Below are positions 1 to 12,660 of a stretch of 64,000 nt of DNA, piece after piece. The DNA is from Lama glama (Eukaryota). Under the pieces are notes generated by a model. The model was not told the DNA's origin. It saw only the letters and a list, made by a program, of their open reading frames with translations, and made no database searches. Position 1 is the first letter of the stretch, and each line of letters begins with the position of its first letter. The stretch lies in NCBI GenBank assembly GCA_028534125.1, contig CM052817.1, positions 74,402,001-74,466,000 of the forward strand. The letters run 5' to 3'. The translations under genes were made by a program, and so were the position numbers.

Positions 1-3000
1 GCACTGCAAAGCTCCTGGTGCATAGTATGACTGAAATAGTATATAGCATGAGTGTTTTAATATAGGGGCGTGGCAGAGTGAAGAAGGGAATAAAGTTAAC
101 TATTACAAATGAGGAAAGTTACCTTGAAAAACAGACACATTGCTAACAACGGATACTTTTTGACTAGTCACAGTTTATGAGAAGTTGGGCAGGATGCTTT
201 ATGGGATTTATACACTTAAAATCAAGCAAGGAATATAAACAATTATAGTGTCTTTAACCCCTGCATAAAATGAAGACAATAATATGATCTTCCTCACTAT
301 AACCTATAAACACAGAAAAATATTTTTTCACTAGACATAGAGAATTGTTTAGAGAATGTTACTATATAAAGAAGATAAAATTTTAATAGCTAGAATTAAA
401 AATAATGTACCAATTAAAAAACTAATTTGGTTACTACTTTTTATACTACTCTGAAATAATCTAACCATAGAATTAGTTATTTAAAAAAAAACTAATACAT
501 ATTACTTTAGAAACAGAATCAGATTCACTGTAGGCTTTTTTAATCTCAAAATAATTAGAAGGGCACTGTCATTAATCATAGAGGTAAAGACATTTTTTTT
601 ATAGCTCAAATACCAAACCATTTTTGTTTTGCAGATCATAAAAGCAGAATAATAATGAAGGAAAATTAAATTTTCAAAAAACCTCTAAGAATGTAATAAG
701 TATTTGGTTATTTCAAATGAAATATTAGTGTGTTTTTAACATCTTCTATTCATATGTATACTCACATCCCCACTTTTAGTTATATTGCATTGAAGTCTGT
801 GAACACAAGAACATTAACTCATCGAAAGGACACTAAAACCTTAGTGTAAATCAGGTCTTGCTGGATTAAGCAACAGGATAATCCTGAATGCCTAGAAAGT
901 GGGGATAAAGACAGGGGACCTAGAAAAGGAAAAGGAGTTACCAAAGATGGATTTTTATCTGGTTTAAAACTTGGCCTAGAATTGGCTCTAAGAAAAAGTT
1001 ACATTAAAGAGTAAATTCAAAATGGATTACAAATTTAAAATAAGAGAAAAACATTTTTCATGTTAAATCCAAATATTTTGACAGGTTGCATACATACTTC
1101 TTGAATTTGGGCATATATATTTAAAGCAGATTACTTTTGGAGTAAGATTCTTAAGGGCCCCTGCACAATTGACTTCCTTTTTCTTTTCTAGTTTCTACAA
1201 GGCCCTCCTGAAGTAAACCTCCAGGTTTCAGAGAAAAAGGAGACAGCCTTCCAGCTGATTAGCCTTTGAAGGTTTATTAACAAAGAACAAATAGATCTTT
1301 CTATTTCATTCTACATTGGAACTTTTGCACTCTTCACAGAGCCAGGAACATTGTAGAAGATGACAAATATTTCCAGAAAGAATGAATACCTCCTTTCCAG
1401 ATGCAAACGTGATGTACACAGCAACATAGGAACACTCCCGACATTCTGAAAGCAAGATGCACTAGTGAGAGTTTCTAAGGATTCTGAAAGTTGTAAAACA
1501 AACATAAAAAACACTTTTCAGTTACATAAAAAAGCAAGCCAACATGTAGTTCTTTGGCATCTCAGAACATTTTATATGATACAAGAGTTGCTTCTTCTGT
1601 GTTCATGTTTTGGTTCATCAAATATTTATTTGGTTCCTACCATATGGAAGAAAATCTTCTAGGAGTTTAAAAGATGGGAAGGCACGGCCTATCTGCCCTC
1701 AAATAACTTACAATAAAATAAAGTATCTGATATTGGTGTGTTGCCCAGAAGCCCCCAAATGATCACAATTCAAAACAGATCTACTGTTAAAAATTATAAA
1801 CTGTCACTTAATTCAAATTAAAAACATGACTTAAATACCTAACGTGTAAAGCGGCACACAAAACTGTGGTAGAAACAAAAATAACATATAATTTCTACTT
1901 TTAATTAAATTATAATCTAGATGAAGCAATAACTCATGTGCATAAATTATTATAAGCAAGCAAAATGTTAAATTAATTTTACCAACTTAAAACTGCAGCA
2001 ATTCAAAAACAAGAATGCTCAAAATCTTTTCATTCGTTATCTACTGTAGCAGAATTCTGAGAAAGATATTATAAGTATTACAGATCAGAAATTAGAGGTT
2101 TTAGAGGTAAGAAATATAAAAGAGGTCATGCTTCTAGAACGTGGAGTTGTAGGGATGATGGTGGGAGCGGGTTAGAGAAAGTGTCAAGGACCTGACTTCT
2201 TTGAAATACAATTCAACTGTTGAGACAGTGAAGGAGGAGGACTGGCTACCAGTTACAAGGAATCTTGTTAGGTAAATGTCCTGAATTTGAAGAGCACAGG
2301 AACAGTCAAGGTTAGCTGGAAAATAACGAATGAGTAATGTGCAATAAAGGCAAAGAAAGATCAAATCCTGGGGGGCCCTGAAGACCTACTCAATCAATGG
2401 TAGTAGTTTCTGAATTCACATGTTCACCCCCTCTTCTCACTTCTCATGTCATTCAGCTCAAATTAATTTACTAAGCAGCTTTGGGATCCACATTCTATAA
2501 ATAAAGCCCAATCACATAATCCTGCTGCTAAAAAACCAGTTTCCTACAAAATACACAAAGTATAAGACATCTCAGAATGTGAAGGCCTTGAAATTCTTGT
2601 GAATTTTCAGAAACTCAAGTAACAAGGGCCCACTCTGCCACTGTTCCAAATAAACCCCAAACAACATCACTCCCGTGACTTTATTCAGAATGAATCTTTA
2701 TTCTGGAACCACTTCCACCGTTAAAGGCCCATTCCAAATGCCACCTCTGTCGTGGAGCTTTCCTCCCTCCTTCAAGCACAAAATAGAAAACCGTCAACAA
2801 TCACGAGGGAACGTTCTTGTTAGATTTGGCAAGGAGTGGAGATGGGTGATCTCAGATCTTCATTTTAGGGCTGGCATAAACACAATGGGCAGTGCTGCTG
2901 GAACTTCTGAGTTTTTCCTTAAAATGGAAAAGTCATAAAAATATGAAAAATATTTACCACATGTTTATTTAAACAGTACCCAAGACATATGTTCCATTAT

Positions 3001-3619
3001 AGCCGGGCATGAATAACCCTCTGGAACAGCTAACAGATACATGGGAAGAAAATATCTGGCCTAATGACTCAGAATTTACCTAGATAGTGAAAAACAGTAA
3101 CAACTAGGAGTACAAAGCATCTTTCTTCTAAGGATCCCAAGAAGCTCATTCACAAAGGCAGGCTTTGACCTTTTAGTGTATCCCAATATGTGTCCTCAAA
3201 CCCAAGCAGTATCAGGGATTTTCTGTTGGCTACTAAGATTCTTCTGGTCAAAGTTCATCTTTGGGGGATCAGAGCTGCTCAGGTACTTTTTCAAAGTTGA
3301 CACAGAGGAGTCAGCACCTACAATAAGCTCCAGTTTCAACCCTCTCTGCTCTTGTTCCTCTCCCAGGCTCCTATGATCCTGAATCCTTCACACCTTAGCT
3401 CATAGCTGAGGACTTGTCAGTGCAGAGTCCTAAAGTACAGAGACTCTCTGCCACTGTTACGCTCTGCTGGGACATAGAGGACCAGATTCATACTGTGCTG
3501 AGCACCTTTCCGTGTTGTCCCACCACATTACATGCAGCAGATTGGTTTCCTATACTGAACAGAAATTCCTGTGTAAATATCTCAAACACATTTTATTGAG
3601 GCTTGCCTATGCTTTCTTT

Positions 3620-4460
3620 TAACAAATATTCATTGAACACTCCTTTGGGATAGGCACTAAAGCGTGTGTGAGACACAGCTCCTCATTTCCTACAGGGGAG
3701 TCAGATAATTAACAATTCCACCAATCAGCAAATAAGAAAATTCAAGTAGTGATAACTGCTATGGAAAACTAAAGTTAATGGCAGAGTGACTGGAGAAAGG
3801 TACATTAAGTAGGGGGAAAGGGCAGGCTTCTTTGAGGGTGTGGCTTTTGCCCTGACACCTGAATGATGAGATGAAGCCAAGTAAAGATATGGGGGAAAGT
3901 CATTCAAGCAGAAGGAAAGGTAAATGTAAGAGAGAGATGGTTGGCTGGAGCACAGCAAAGGAGGAAGATGGTAGGAAAAAGGCTAAGGGGGCAAGTAGAG
4001 GCCAAAATATGCTGGACTTTGTGGGTTGTGTCATAGAATTTGGATTTTACTCTAACTGAAATGGTAAAACCACTGGAAATTTTTAAGCAGGGGAGTGATA
4101 TGATCTGATTGAAGCTTTTTAAAATCTCTTTGGCTAACTTGTGGAGAATGCAATTTTGGTGGCGAAAGAGGAAATAATGTGAATGCTGCTGTAATAATCT
4201 GGGCAAGTGATATCTGTGGGTTGGCCTGTGGTTTAGAACCAGGAGACTCAGAGAAATGATATTTAGGGATTTATTTGCTTGTAGATCTGACAGAGCTAGA
4301 CATGGGATATGTGTGTGTGTGTGTGTGTGTGCACGCAAATGTATGTGTATGTATCTGTGTGGGTCTGTGCGCTTGGGACGGAGAAGATGGATAAACAGAA
4401 GCCAAGATGATTTCTAGGATTTGGAATCAAGCAATTGTGTGGACAATGGGAAGACTATAA
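3620..4460 (-). mobile_element. L2 LINE fragment (3' region)
   Basis: Begins AACAAATATTCATTGAACAC (reverse complement of the L2 3' end), followed by purine-rich L2-like blocks such as CATTCAAGCAGAAGGAAAG and TTTTAAGCAGGGGAGTGATATGATCTGATT. Confidence 0.7.
4310..4331. repeat. (TG)11 microsatellite
   Basis: Direct read. Confidence 0.95.
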
Positions 4461-5166
4461 GAGGAATGTATAAAGAAATTCAAAGCTTTGTCTTCAAGAC
4501 TGAGGCTGCTAGATTAATCTGATATCCTCATAAGGCAGATTTCTTGAGGAAATATAAGATTTCCTTATAATTTTACAGTTATCTAGTCACTAAAAGGGAT
4601 TCATTGCCTAAAGGAAAAATAGTTAAGACTAACTTGCCAAATAAAATTACATACATTTTAAAGGAAATATTGTCCAAGACATGGAAATGGACAAAAGAGA
4701 TTTCTGAGAGCCCTTTCAGGGCTGTGCTGGGAGGTAGAGTGTTCTATGGGATCTTCTGGGGACTATCAATTCCACAGGGGTATGGGTCTTATTATTGACT
4801 TGGCTATTGTACAACTCTGTAGGGGTTAGAAGTTAAGGGGTAGAAAACTGAGGGTAATAAAATGATTCTTGTTCATAGCAATGCAAATGAATTTTGTTCA
4901 GTAGAAATAGAAACAACTGCTTTCTGCCTTATGAAAAGATCATTCCAAACATTGTATTTTATTGCCCTATTAATATTAACCAGTTTTGCACTTATTAACA
5001 AATTTATTTTAGCATTCATGATTGCATATACATTATTCTTGAAATTCTCATCTGAATATTGATTTCTATGTGGTTCCTTCCTTAAACTGATGAGTTCAAT
5101 AAAACCTTCTACATGTTTAATTTATATTTGAATGAAAGAAAAAAATTTATCTTTTGAAATTACATG

Positions 5167-5550
5167 TGTTAAAAACCAGATAACAAGCCCAAAATGGAGT
5201 CACTTGTGCTAAGCTCCATGTCAAAAAACCAACACTTAACCTAATTACAGTTTAGGCCCCTCCAGAAATAGAATCTTAAACCAGTCAATTAGGAGCTGCC
5301 TGATCAACACTAGTCAGGTAATCTGCCTGATAGAGCCTATCATCCCTCAAAGAAAGTAACCTTGCAATAATTAAACCACTCCTTTGTCTAGTATAACTTC
5401 CTTGTTCTGCTTCTTTTTGCCTATAAAAGCTTTTCATTTTGTACAGCTCCTTGGAGCTCCTATTTATTTACTAGATGGGATGCTGCCCAATTCGAATTGA
5501 TTTTTGCTCAAACTCAAAAATTTTACTATTCCTCAGTTTATCTTTTAACA
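5167..5550 (+). mobile_element. ERV1-class solo LTR (384 bp)
   Basis: Terminal inverted ends TGTTAAAA...TTTTAACA, perfect 4-bp TSD CATG (5163-5166 / 5551-5554), and TATA-like CCTATAAAAG at about 5420. Confidence 0.85.
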
Positions 5551-7662
5551 CATGTTAACAAGAATAACAATAGTGCATTAAAAAATCAAGGGAAGTCTGA
5601 ATAGAAAGTTATTGGCTGTGATTAGATCTTTGGTGATCTCTCTTAAAATGCCCATTTATGACAATGAGACAGAAAAGGACAGAAATAAGTAAATCTTCAA
5701 TAGTTAGGATTATAATTGTCTAGCAGAATATAGGTGATATCATTATTGTGATGGAGTACATATGAACCTGTTTCTGACACTCAAATGCTAAGGAATTTTG
5801 AGGAGGGGGCGTTTTTTGATCATCTTTCAAAAAAGGTTTTATGAAGAAGTATGAGAAAACTAGTTTAATTGTCATCATAAATCTCATTGCTACATTTTCA
5901 TATTAAAATCCTTAATGCAGTTTACCTTTATGTGTCTGACATTTATATACATAGGAATAACCACTGTTTAGAAGTAGCCTGTGTATTTGCAGTTTGCCTG
6001 TTCTTTGATTTCTTTTTACTCTCTTCCTTATGAAATGAAAAATAATTCTCCTAAGTAATTTCCACACAGCTTCTTTTCCGATTTGAACGAACAATTTTGG
6101 TTGTTGGGAGAGGATCCTTGGGGCACAGAAATATCAGTCTGTTCAGAGTGATCTAGGAAAGTAATTTCTCACAAACTTCCTTCCTTCTACTCTTTAAATT
6201 TCCTCCCACTAAGAATCACTTCTTGGTATAAAATAATGTGCCCTGTGGTTTTGGGGATGAGTAACTTAAAATAAAGGAGGTGTAAGTCACTTCTATCTAC
6301 ATTCCCCAGGTTAGAGAAGAGGAAGTAAAAAGTGAACTGGAATTTACTCGTTCGCTCTCCTAGATGGCTTTCTCACCACTTTCTTATCTGCTTCCTTCAT
6401 GCTTTTCTAAAACTGTAAACAACAAGGGACAGTGCTTGCTCTCCAAAATTAAAGTGAAAACAAATCCTCAATGCTATTACCACCATCTTTGAATGACTCA
6501 CAAACCACTAAGCATAAATACAATGTGATGCAGTCACACAGAGCCCAGAGAAAACTCCCTTTTATAGCAAGTGGCATTGCTAGGAGCATAAAATAATGTA
6601 CCCAAGGGAAAAGAATGTTGAGATATTGAAGACAACCTAAATATGCCATGGTTTACAGTGGATCAGCATTCCAAATTTTCCACATGGTCTCTACTGAATA
6701 TTTTAGAGTGAAAAACGAATCAAGAAAGATGATATTATATATACGCAGCACACACACGTAGGTATACACACACGTGTGTGTGTACACAAATGTGTCAGCA
6801 AATATGATTTATATATTTAATATGCCAAACTCTCAAGTTCAATTTTGATTCACATAAATTTACATTCTTCCTTAGCGTTAATAATAGCAATAATAATGCA
6901 TATATAATATTTTATATTTGCATAAATTATACAATTAATTTCCGCACACATTATTACAGTTGAGCTCAGTGTGTAGCCATGAGGAAGCACATGCAGAATT
7001 AAAATTGTTTTGGTGATTTGAATTATAGCTATTTTGTTTTCCAGGTTCTTATTTTCTCTTCCTAAACATATTTGCTGTTTTTTAAATTATACAGGTTTTA
7101 AGGATATTGTAATAATAGTTAAAAGTTATTTGTGCAACTTAGAAGTTAATATAATCAAACCTTCATCCATTAGAGATGATGCATTAGTAAAATGGAGTAG
7201 TATCCAATAAATGATGATTCATTAAAAATTTTGATGAATATCACTTCTTATCAATTCCATAAACTAGGTGGAAAACATTTTATTTTTATTTTTGTCAATA
7301 AGATATTTTATACAACATTGACACATACAGTAAAAATTTTCAGACTATCATGTTTAGGTACTTTGTGATTTAAAAGTGAAAAAAATCGCTTTTCTTTACT
7401 AGGTAGAAAATAAACTGCCTTAATTAAATAAAGAAATTACACAGACCGTATTTTACAAGTTACTTAATAAATTTTGCTTTTTTAAAATCATTTAGCTTGG
7501 GAAATCTTATACTTTCTTCGGATAAGTATAATATGGTAAAACATATCACCAAATTTACCTGGTTATAGAATATTTTAATTATAGCATTTGGAAACTGTCT
7601 TTAACCTTTTTAATCTAATAAACTATATTAAAAGATAGTGTTTTATTTATTATATTATGAAA

Positions 7663-8139
7663 TGATGGGGTTCAGGACACACTACCCCAAAATATGGCAC
7701 CTTAATGTATCGACTGTTTTAAGCAGCAGAAGCAGGAAGGTCACTCTGATCTCCCCATTTCTTTCCTGAAAGCAGAAGATAGCCCTCCCACGTGAAAGGT
7801 GCCCTCCCTGCAGCAGGAGGAAGGGAGGCATTCATACCACCAGAGAAGGGGAATTCAGGGCAGAGAAGGCTGTATAAACAGCTGCTGTTACTTCTCCATT
7901 TACCACCCACAGCCCACTTTGTCTTGTCAATTCTTCACAAATTTGTTTCTTTGTCCAAAAAGTATACAAGCTTCCTGCTCTGGTTACTTCTTCCCGTCTT
8001 TGTTCTCTAGTGAAGGGTCCAACGTTCATGTAAAAATTCAGTAAAATTTGTATGCTTTTCTCTTGTTTATCTGTCTAATATCAGTTCTTAGGCCCAGCCA
8101 GAGACTCACAGAAGGAAGAGGGAATTTTCCTCCCCTACA
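7663..8139 (+). mobile_element. ERV1-class solo LTR, MER34/MER39-like (477 bp)
   Basis: Starts TGATGGGGTTCAGGACACACTACCCCAAAATATGGCACC and ends TTTTCCTCCCCTACA; near-TSD GAAA/GAAG. Confidence 0.8.
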
Positions 8140-9119
8140 GAAGTATTATGCTTGTGAGTTATTTATGGCTTCATTCTGCTGTCTTATCTATAGGAGCTTG
8201 AGTAAGGAATTACTTGTTGAAATTTACATTCTTTCATAACTATAGATCAGTAAACCCAAATGGTTTATAACCACCAAGAAATGTGAACTAGGGAAAATTT
8301 TTTAATTATTACTCTTCACTTCAGAATCTTCTTTACAATTAACATTGTAGAGTTGAATGTTCTCTGGAACCCTAAAGACATACAGAATGTCATATTTTGT
8401 AATATCTAGGCAGTTTCACTTATTTTAAAACAAACTGCTTACACTTTTTATGCTCTGATAATAGTTGCAAGCATGCTACATTCTAGGATTTTTTTCCAAG
8501 GATATTGTTAACATTACCTTTATAGCTTTGCATTTTTATTGTGCTTTACTGATTTTAATCTATCGATGTCTAGTCAATCATATTTTAGAACCAAATTCCT
8601 AAGTGTATTCTGGGAAATGTAACAATTATATTACTGCAGGAGCACAAAGGGGAGAGTGCAGCCCTGTGTCACAAGTGAGCTGGATACAGCTATACCACAT
8701 CCTCTTCCAGGCTTCTTAGATATTTGTCTTTGTTTTTAGAATTTTCTGTATCTCTTCATTGGGCTCTGCTCTTAAATTTTTTTTTAAATGTATCTCTTCA
8801 TTGCAACAGATGTTCAAAGAGTTTCTTAAAGTCCACTTTTAAGAAATGTGCTACCTCATCTACAGTACTTTATCTTTCTTGCTAGAATTGAAGATAGGTA
8901 AATACAAGGGACCATCTCTTTCCTCCATGCTTGACTTTTATCAGAGGAAGAAAAAGCACACAGATGAAAGAGGAAGCACATGCTATAATCTGTCATTTCT
9001 CAACAAAGTCCATGATCTGCATACAATGAACTAGGACTGGTATTCAATGACCCACTTTCATTCCACAGATATTTACTGATAGCCCCTCTGATGTCCAACT
9101 TAAAAGTAGACAGGAATGA

Positions 9120-9281
9120 AGGTGGGATGGTACAACTTAGGGGTAGAATGCATGTCTAGCATGCACAAGGTCCTGGGTTCAATTCCTAGTACCTCCATTA
9201 AAATAACTAACTAAATAAAAGCTATGTAACTCTTCCAAAATAAAAAAATATATTTTTAAAAATGTGAAATTAAAAAAAAAA
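9120..9281 (+). mobile_element. tRNA-derived SINE, Vic-1-like (camelid)
   Basis: tRNA-like head with B-box GGTTCAATTCC (...GCATGCACAAGGTCCTGGGTTCAATTCCTAGTACCTCCA), A-rich tail, TSD TAGACAGGAATGA (9107-9119 / 9282-9294), and a TT/AAAA L1-endonuclease-type target. Confidence 0.85.
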
Positions 9282-10694
9282 TAGACAGGAATGATCTTAA
9301 CATGGAGTATTACTGAGGTTTGACCAGGCCTGTCCCTGTGCTAACGGCTTTTACCTCCTTCTTCCTGTTTATTCCTCATTATGACTCCATGGGTTAGATA
9401 TAGTAGTGTCATTTTAAATATGAAGAAATGAAGGCATAAGGAGATGAAGCTGATGGTCTCATTATTAATAAAGCACTTTGAAACATGTAGAGTTACTCTA
9501 CGTATCATATTAGCTCCTTATGCCTCCCAGCATCCCTGCTAAGCAGATGAAGATCATTGTTATTAGGCTTGAAGCCTCTCCTCCACTTGATTTTTTTCCT
9601 CTTTGGAGGAAAAAAAGAGTATGGGGCATTTTCTCTCCAAGGTTTTTCCTACTTTTAATCTGGGAATGGAATCATACGCTGTAAACGCCAAGAAGGTTCT
9701 AGGGGTCCGCAGAAATGCATGCTACACAGATGCAAACTATATGGTTTCTCAGGAAATAAAAAGAAGTTCTAATAAAATGTACTGAAAAGTGATTACACAG
9801 GAATAGTAATAAGAGGCTGTCTGAAAGGAGAAACCTGCTTCGAAAGAACAGCTTCTCTATTTCCCTCCCTTTGAAGCCATTTCAGCTGTCCAGAGTTGCC
9901 CTGAAGGAAATCCATCACAGAGAAGAAAGGACATTTCTATTCTACACCCTCCCCATTCCTTTTATGCTCCCCTTAAGCCTGCCTCCCCTGCACCCTCACG
10001 GTTGCTTCACTGCCAGCTGGTGAAGGGAAAGCTATTCCTAGCACAGCAGATGTAGGAAGCACCAGCCAGATGAGCCCTGAACCTGGCTGTTGGTTTGGTT
10101 TGGTAATAAGGAAACAGCTCAAGAGAAACACAGGAACAGAGCACAGAATCATTCTGCTTAGAAGCATTATGCAACAGCTGTGAGATAAATCTTGAAAGAA
10201 ATAGGGGAAAAAAGAGGGAGGAAAGGAAGAAGGGAATAAGACACACACACAGAGAGAAAACTGATTTTGCTTCAAAAGGCCTGCAAATTCTGGAGTTATA
10301 TAAATTCTATTTGTTCTGTAATATGAATATCAAAACACTGCACATCAGCTCCTTAGGCTTAGGCTAAACTGCCTGTGTTCTCTTTGTTTTTATAGCTACT
10401 GATTTATAAAGGCTTGTAATGTTAAGAGGCTGTGCTCTTCTGATTATATCATAACTGACCATGGGAATAGGAATTATTTTCTCTGGAGTCTGTTCTGAGA
10501 CAGCATCCTATTCTTAAAGAAATCTGCATAAAGCTGAAGCACTGGCATACTGGTTTGGCTGAAATAGTATGTGATTCTGTTTATGGTACTTCCTGTCCAA
10601 CTTTGTACAAGTTTGGGAGAAGGAATTGGGGAGTAAAAGAAAATAAATGAAGGTTTCCATATTCAAAGAAAAAATGTAAGAGAGAGAAAGGAAC

Positions 10695-11950
10695 CAGAAT
10701 CATAGAAGTTAAAAATACATGAGAAAGTCATTAAAAACCCCAAACAGTAAAGCTGTAAAGAACCACATGTAGTCCGACAGCTTGTTCTAGAATGCTTCCA
10801 GGGGTGGGGATTTCAGTTTCTCACCAAAAAGTTCATTTTATTTCTGAAGAGTTTGCTAATAGAAGGTTCTTATTTGGTTTGATTCAGGCTCTACTCATCT
10901 GGAATCTTAATAAATGGAGACTCTCTTCCACATTACAGTTCTTCAAATACGTGCAGACAGTTACCGTGTTTCTGAGTTGTCTCAGCTATTTCAGCCAATC
11001 CTCACACCCTGCGGTTGCCAGATTTCCTCCTTGGCATGCACTTCAGTCTTTCGCTGTCCTTCTTAAAATCTGGCACTGGGAATTGAACACAATACTCCAG
11101 ATGTGGTCTGAACAGTGCAAAGGTGAGCGGCACTATTACCATCCTTGACGTGAAGTCTATATTTGATGAGGATCCACATCAGTTTATTTGGCAGTTCATC
11201 ATGTGGTTGGCACATGATAAGCTTGCAGGCAGCTAAAACCTCAAGTTATTATTTTTTGTGTGTGTATGATTTTCTAAAGCCAGGTTTCCTACATCTTGTA
11301 GAAGAACAGTTAAGTTGGTGAATCTACACAGAGAACTGCCTACTTCCTGATGTTTTTGCTCATCCTTCCTGCTACTTAATGACTTAGAAGATACTTGATT
11401 TTGTCATCCAATATGTTAGCTGTTCCTCCCCTGTTAATTCTGGTAAATATGTGTCTTTATCTGAATCGTGTGTTACCGATTTTGAGGGGACAGCACTGAC
11501 TCTGAACAAAGCCTTATGAAATGTTGCTGGAGACCTGCCCTCAGATCAACTTTGATTTATTACTCAGGTCACCTAGAATGACTCATTCAACTTTTTACTT
11601 ATCATTCAGTCTAATTTTTTATTAATTGAAAAGGATTGATGTTTCTACAAGTTTTGTTGAAACTAAGATATTGTATACCTATAACTTCCCCTGATGTTGG
11701 CATTCCAAAAGAAAATTAAATGATACTTTGGGACATAATTTCTTCTTATTGAACCTGGGGTACTTTCTAATGATCACTGATTCCTTTACTAACTTACTCA
11801 ATAACAATCATTGCCTAGTCAAGTAGAATTTTTAACCAAGCCACCATAATCAGTTTTTCAGTTTTGTTCTTATAATCCAGACTTTTCTCTTTTTGATACC
11901 GAGATACTGCACATCTTCAATATTCTGATACATTAGCTTTTCAAGAGTCT
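10695..11950 (-). mobile_element. L3/CR1 LINE fragment (RT region and 3' end)
   Basis: AGAATCATAGAA (CR1 tail, reversed) at about 10697 and the CR1-type block GTCCTTCTTAAAATCTGGCACTGGGAATTGAACACAATACTCCAGATGTGGTCTGA at about 11056-11111. Degenerate CR1-like blocks continue to about 11.9 kb. Confidence 0.75.
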
Positions 11951-12469
11951 TCAATTGTTGCTTCTCAATTTTTTCACACACATGTTAATGTACAAAATAC
12001 AGCATGTAATTTAATCCACTGTGGATTCTCAATTCAGTTAACCATTCTTACAGTCTCTTAACTCAGGTAACCAAGTGCCTTCTACAAGGACAAACCCCTG
12101 GATGAGGTAGTGCTGAAAATAGTCACTAGAGGGCAATAGAGGGCTGAGAAATAGTTACTGGACTGAGTGACAGTAGGTTAGGATCCAGAGACCTACCTCT
12201 AGGCTAGAGAGGGCCAGCCCTCTGTAGAAGAAGCGAATATTTAGGCTTATCCAAAAATTCCAGTTTAGATATACGGTTTACATAAGAACTAGGATAGAAC
12301 TGGGACATGATCAAGGTGGATCTGCCAGTCAGCACTCAGATGGAGAACACAGCGATGACAAACATTTTTAGGAAGTTGGTATCAATGTCAGAAAATGGCC
12401 TTGACAACAGGAGTCTTGTCATGGTCAAAGTCTGCATTCAAAGCTAAGATCAAAACAGCACAGACTTAG

Positions 12470-12660
12470 CAATAATAGATGCAGTTTACTGAGTGTCTAC
12501 TATATGTCTAGCAATAAACCAACAATCTCTCCCATTCTTGAAACAACCTTTGGAAAGTAATACATCCCCATTTCATAAAAAGGAACCCGGAATTTAAGAA
12601 ATTAAGTGGCAGAGCTAGGATCTAGAAAGGTCTGTTGAGCTCCAAAACATGTATTCTTTA
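12470..12660 (-). mobile_element. MIR SINE fragment
   Basis: TTTACTGAGTGTCTACTATATG...ATCCCCATTTCATAAAAAGGAACC...GTGGCAGAGCTAGGAT resembles the MIR core. Confidence 0.6.

Noticed and set aside
6766..6781. 16-bp perfect palindrome ACACACACGTGTGTGT
   Set aside because: A trivial consequence of abutting (CA)n and (TG)n tracts.
9121..9197. tRNA-like sequence
   Set aside because: Degenerate stems, an A-rich tail and a TSD identify it as a SINE rather than a tRNA gene.
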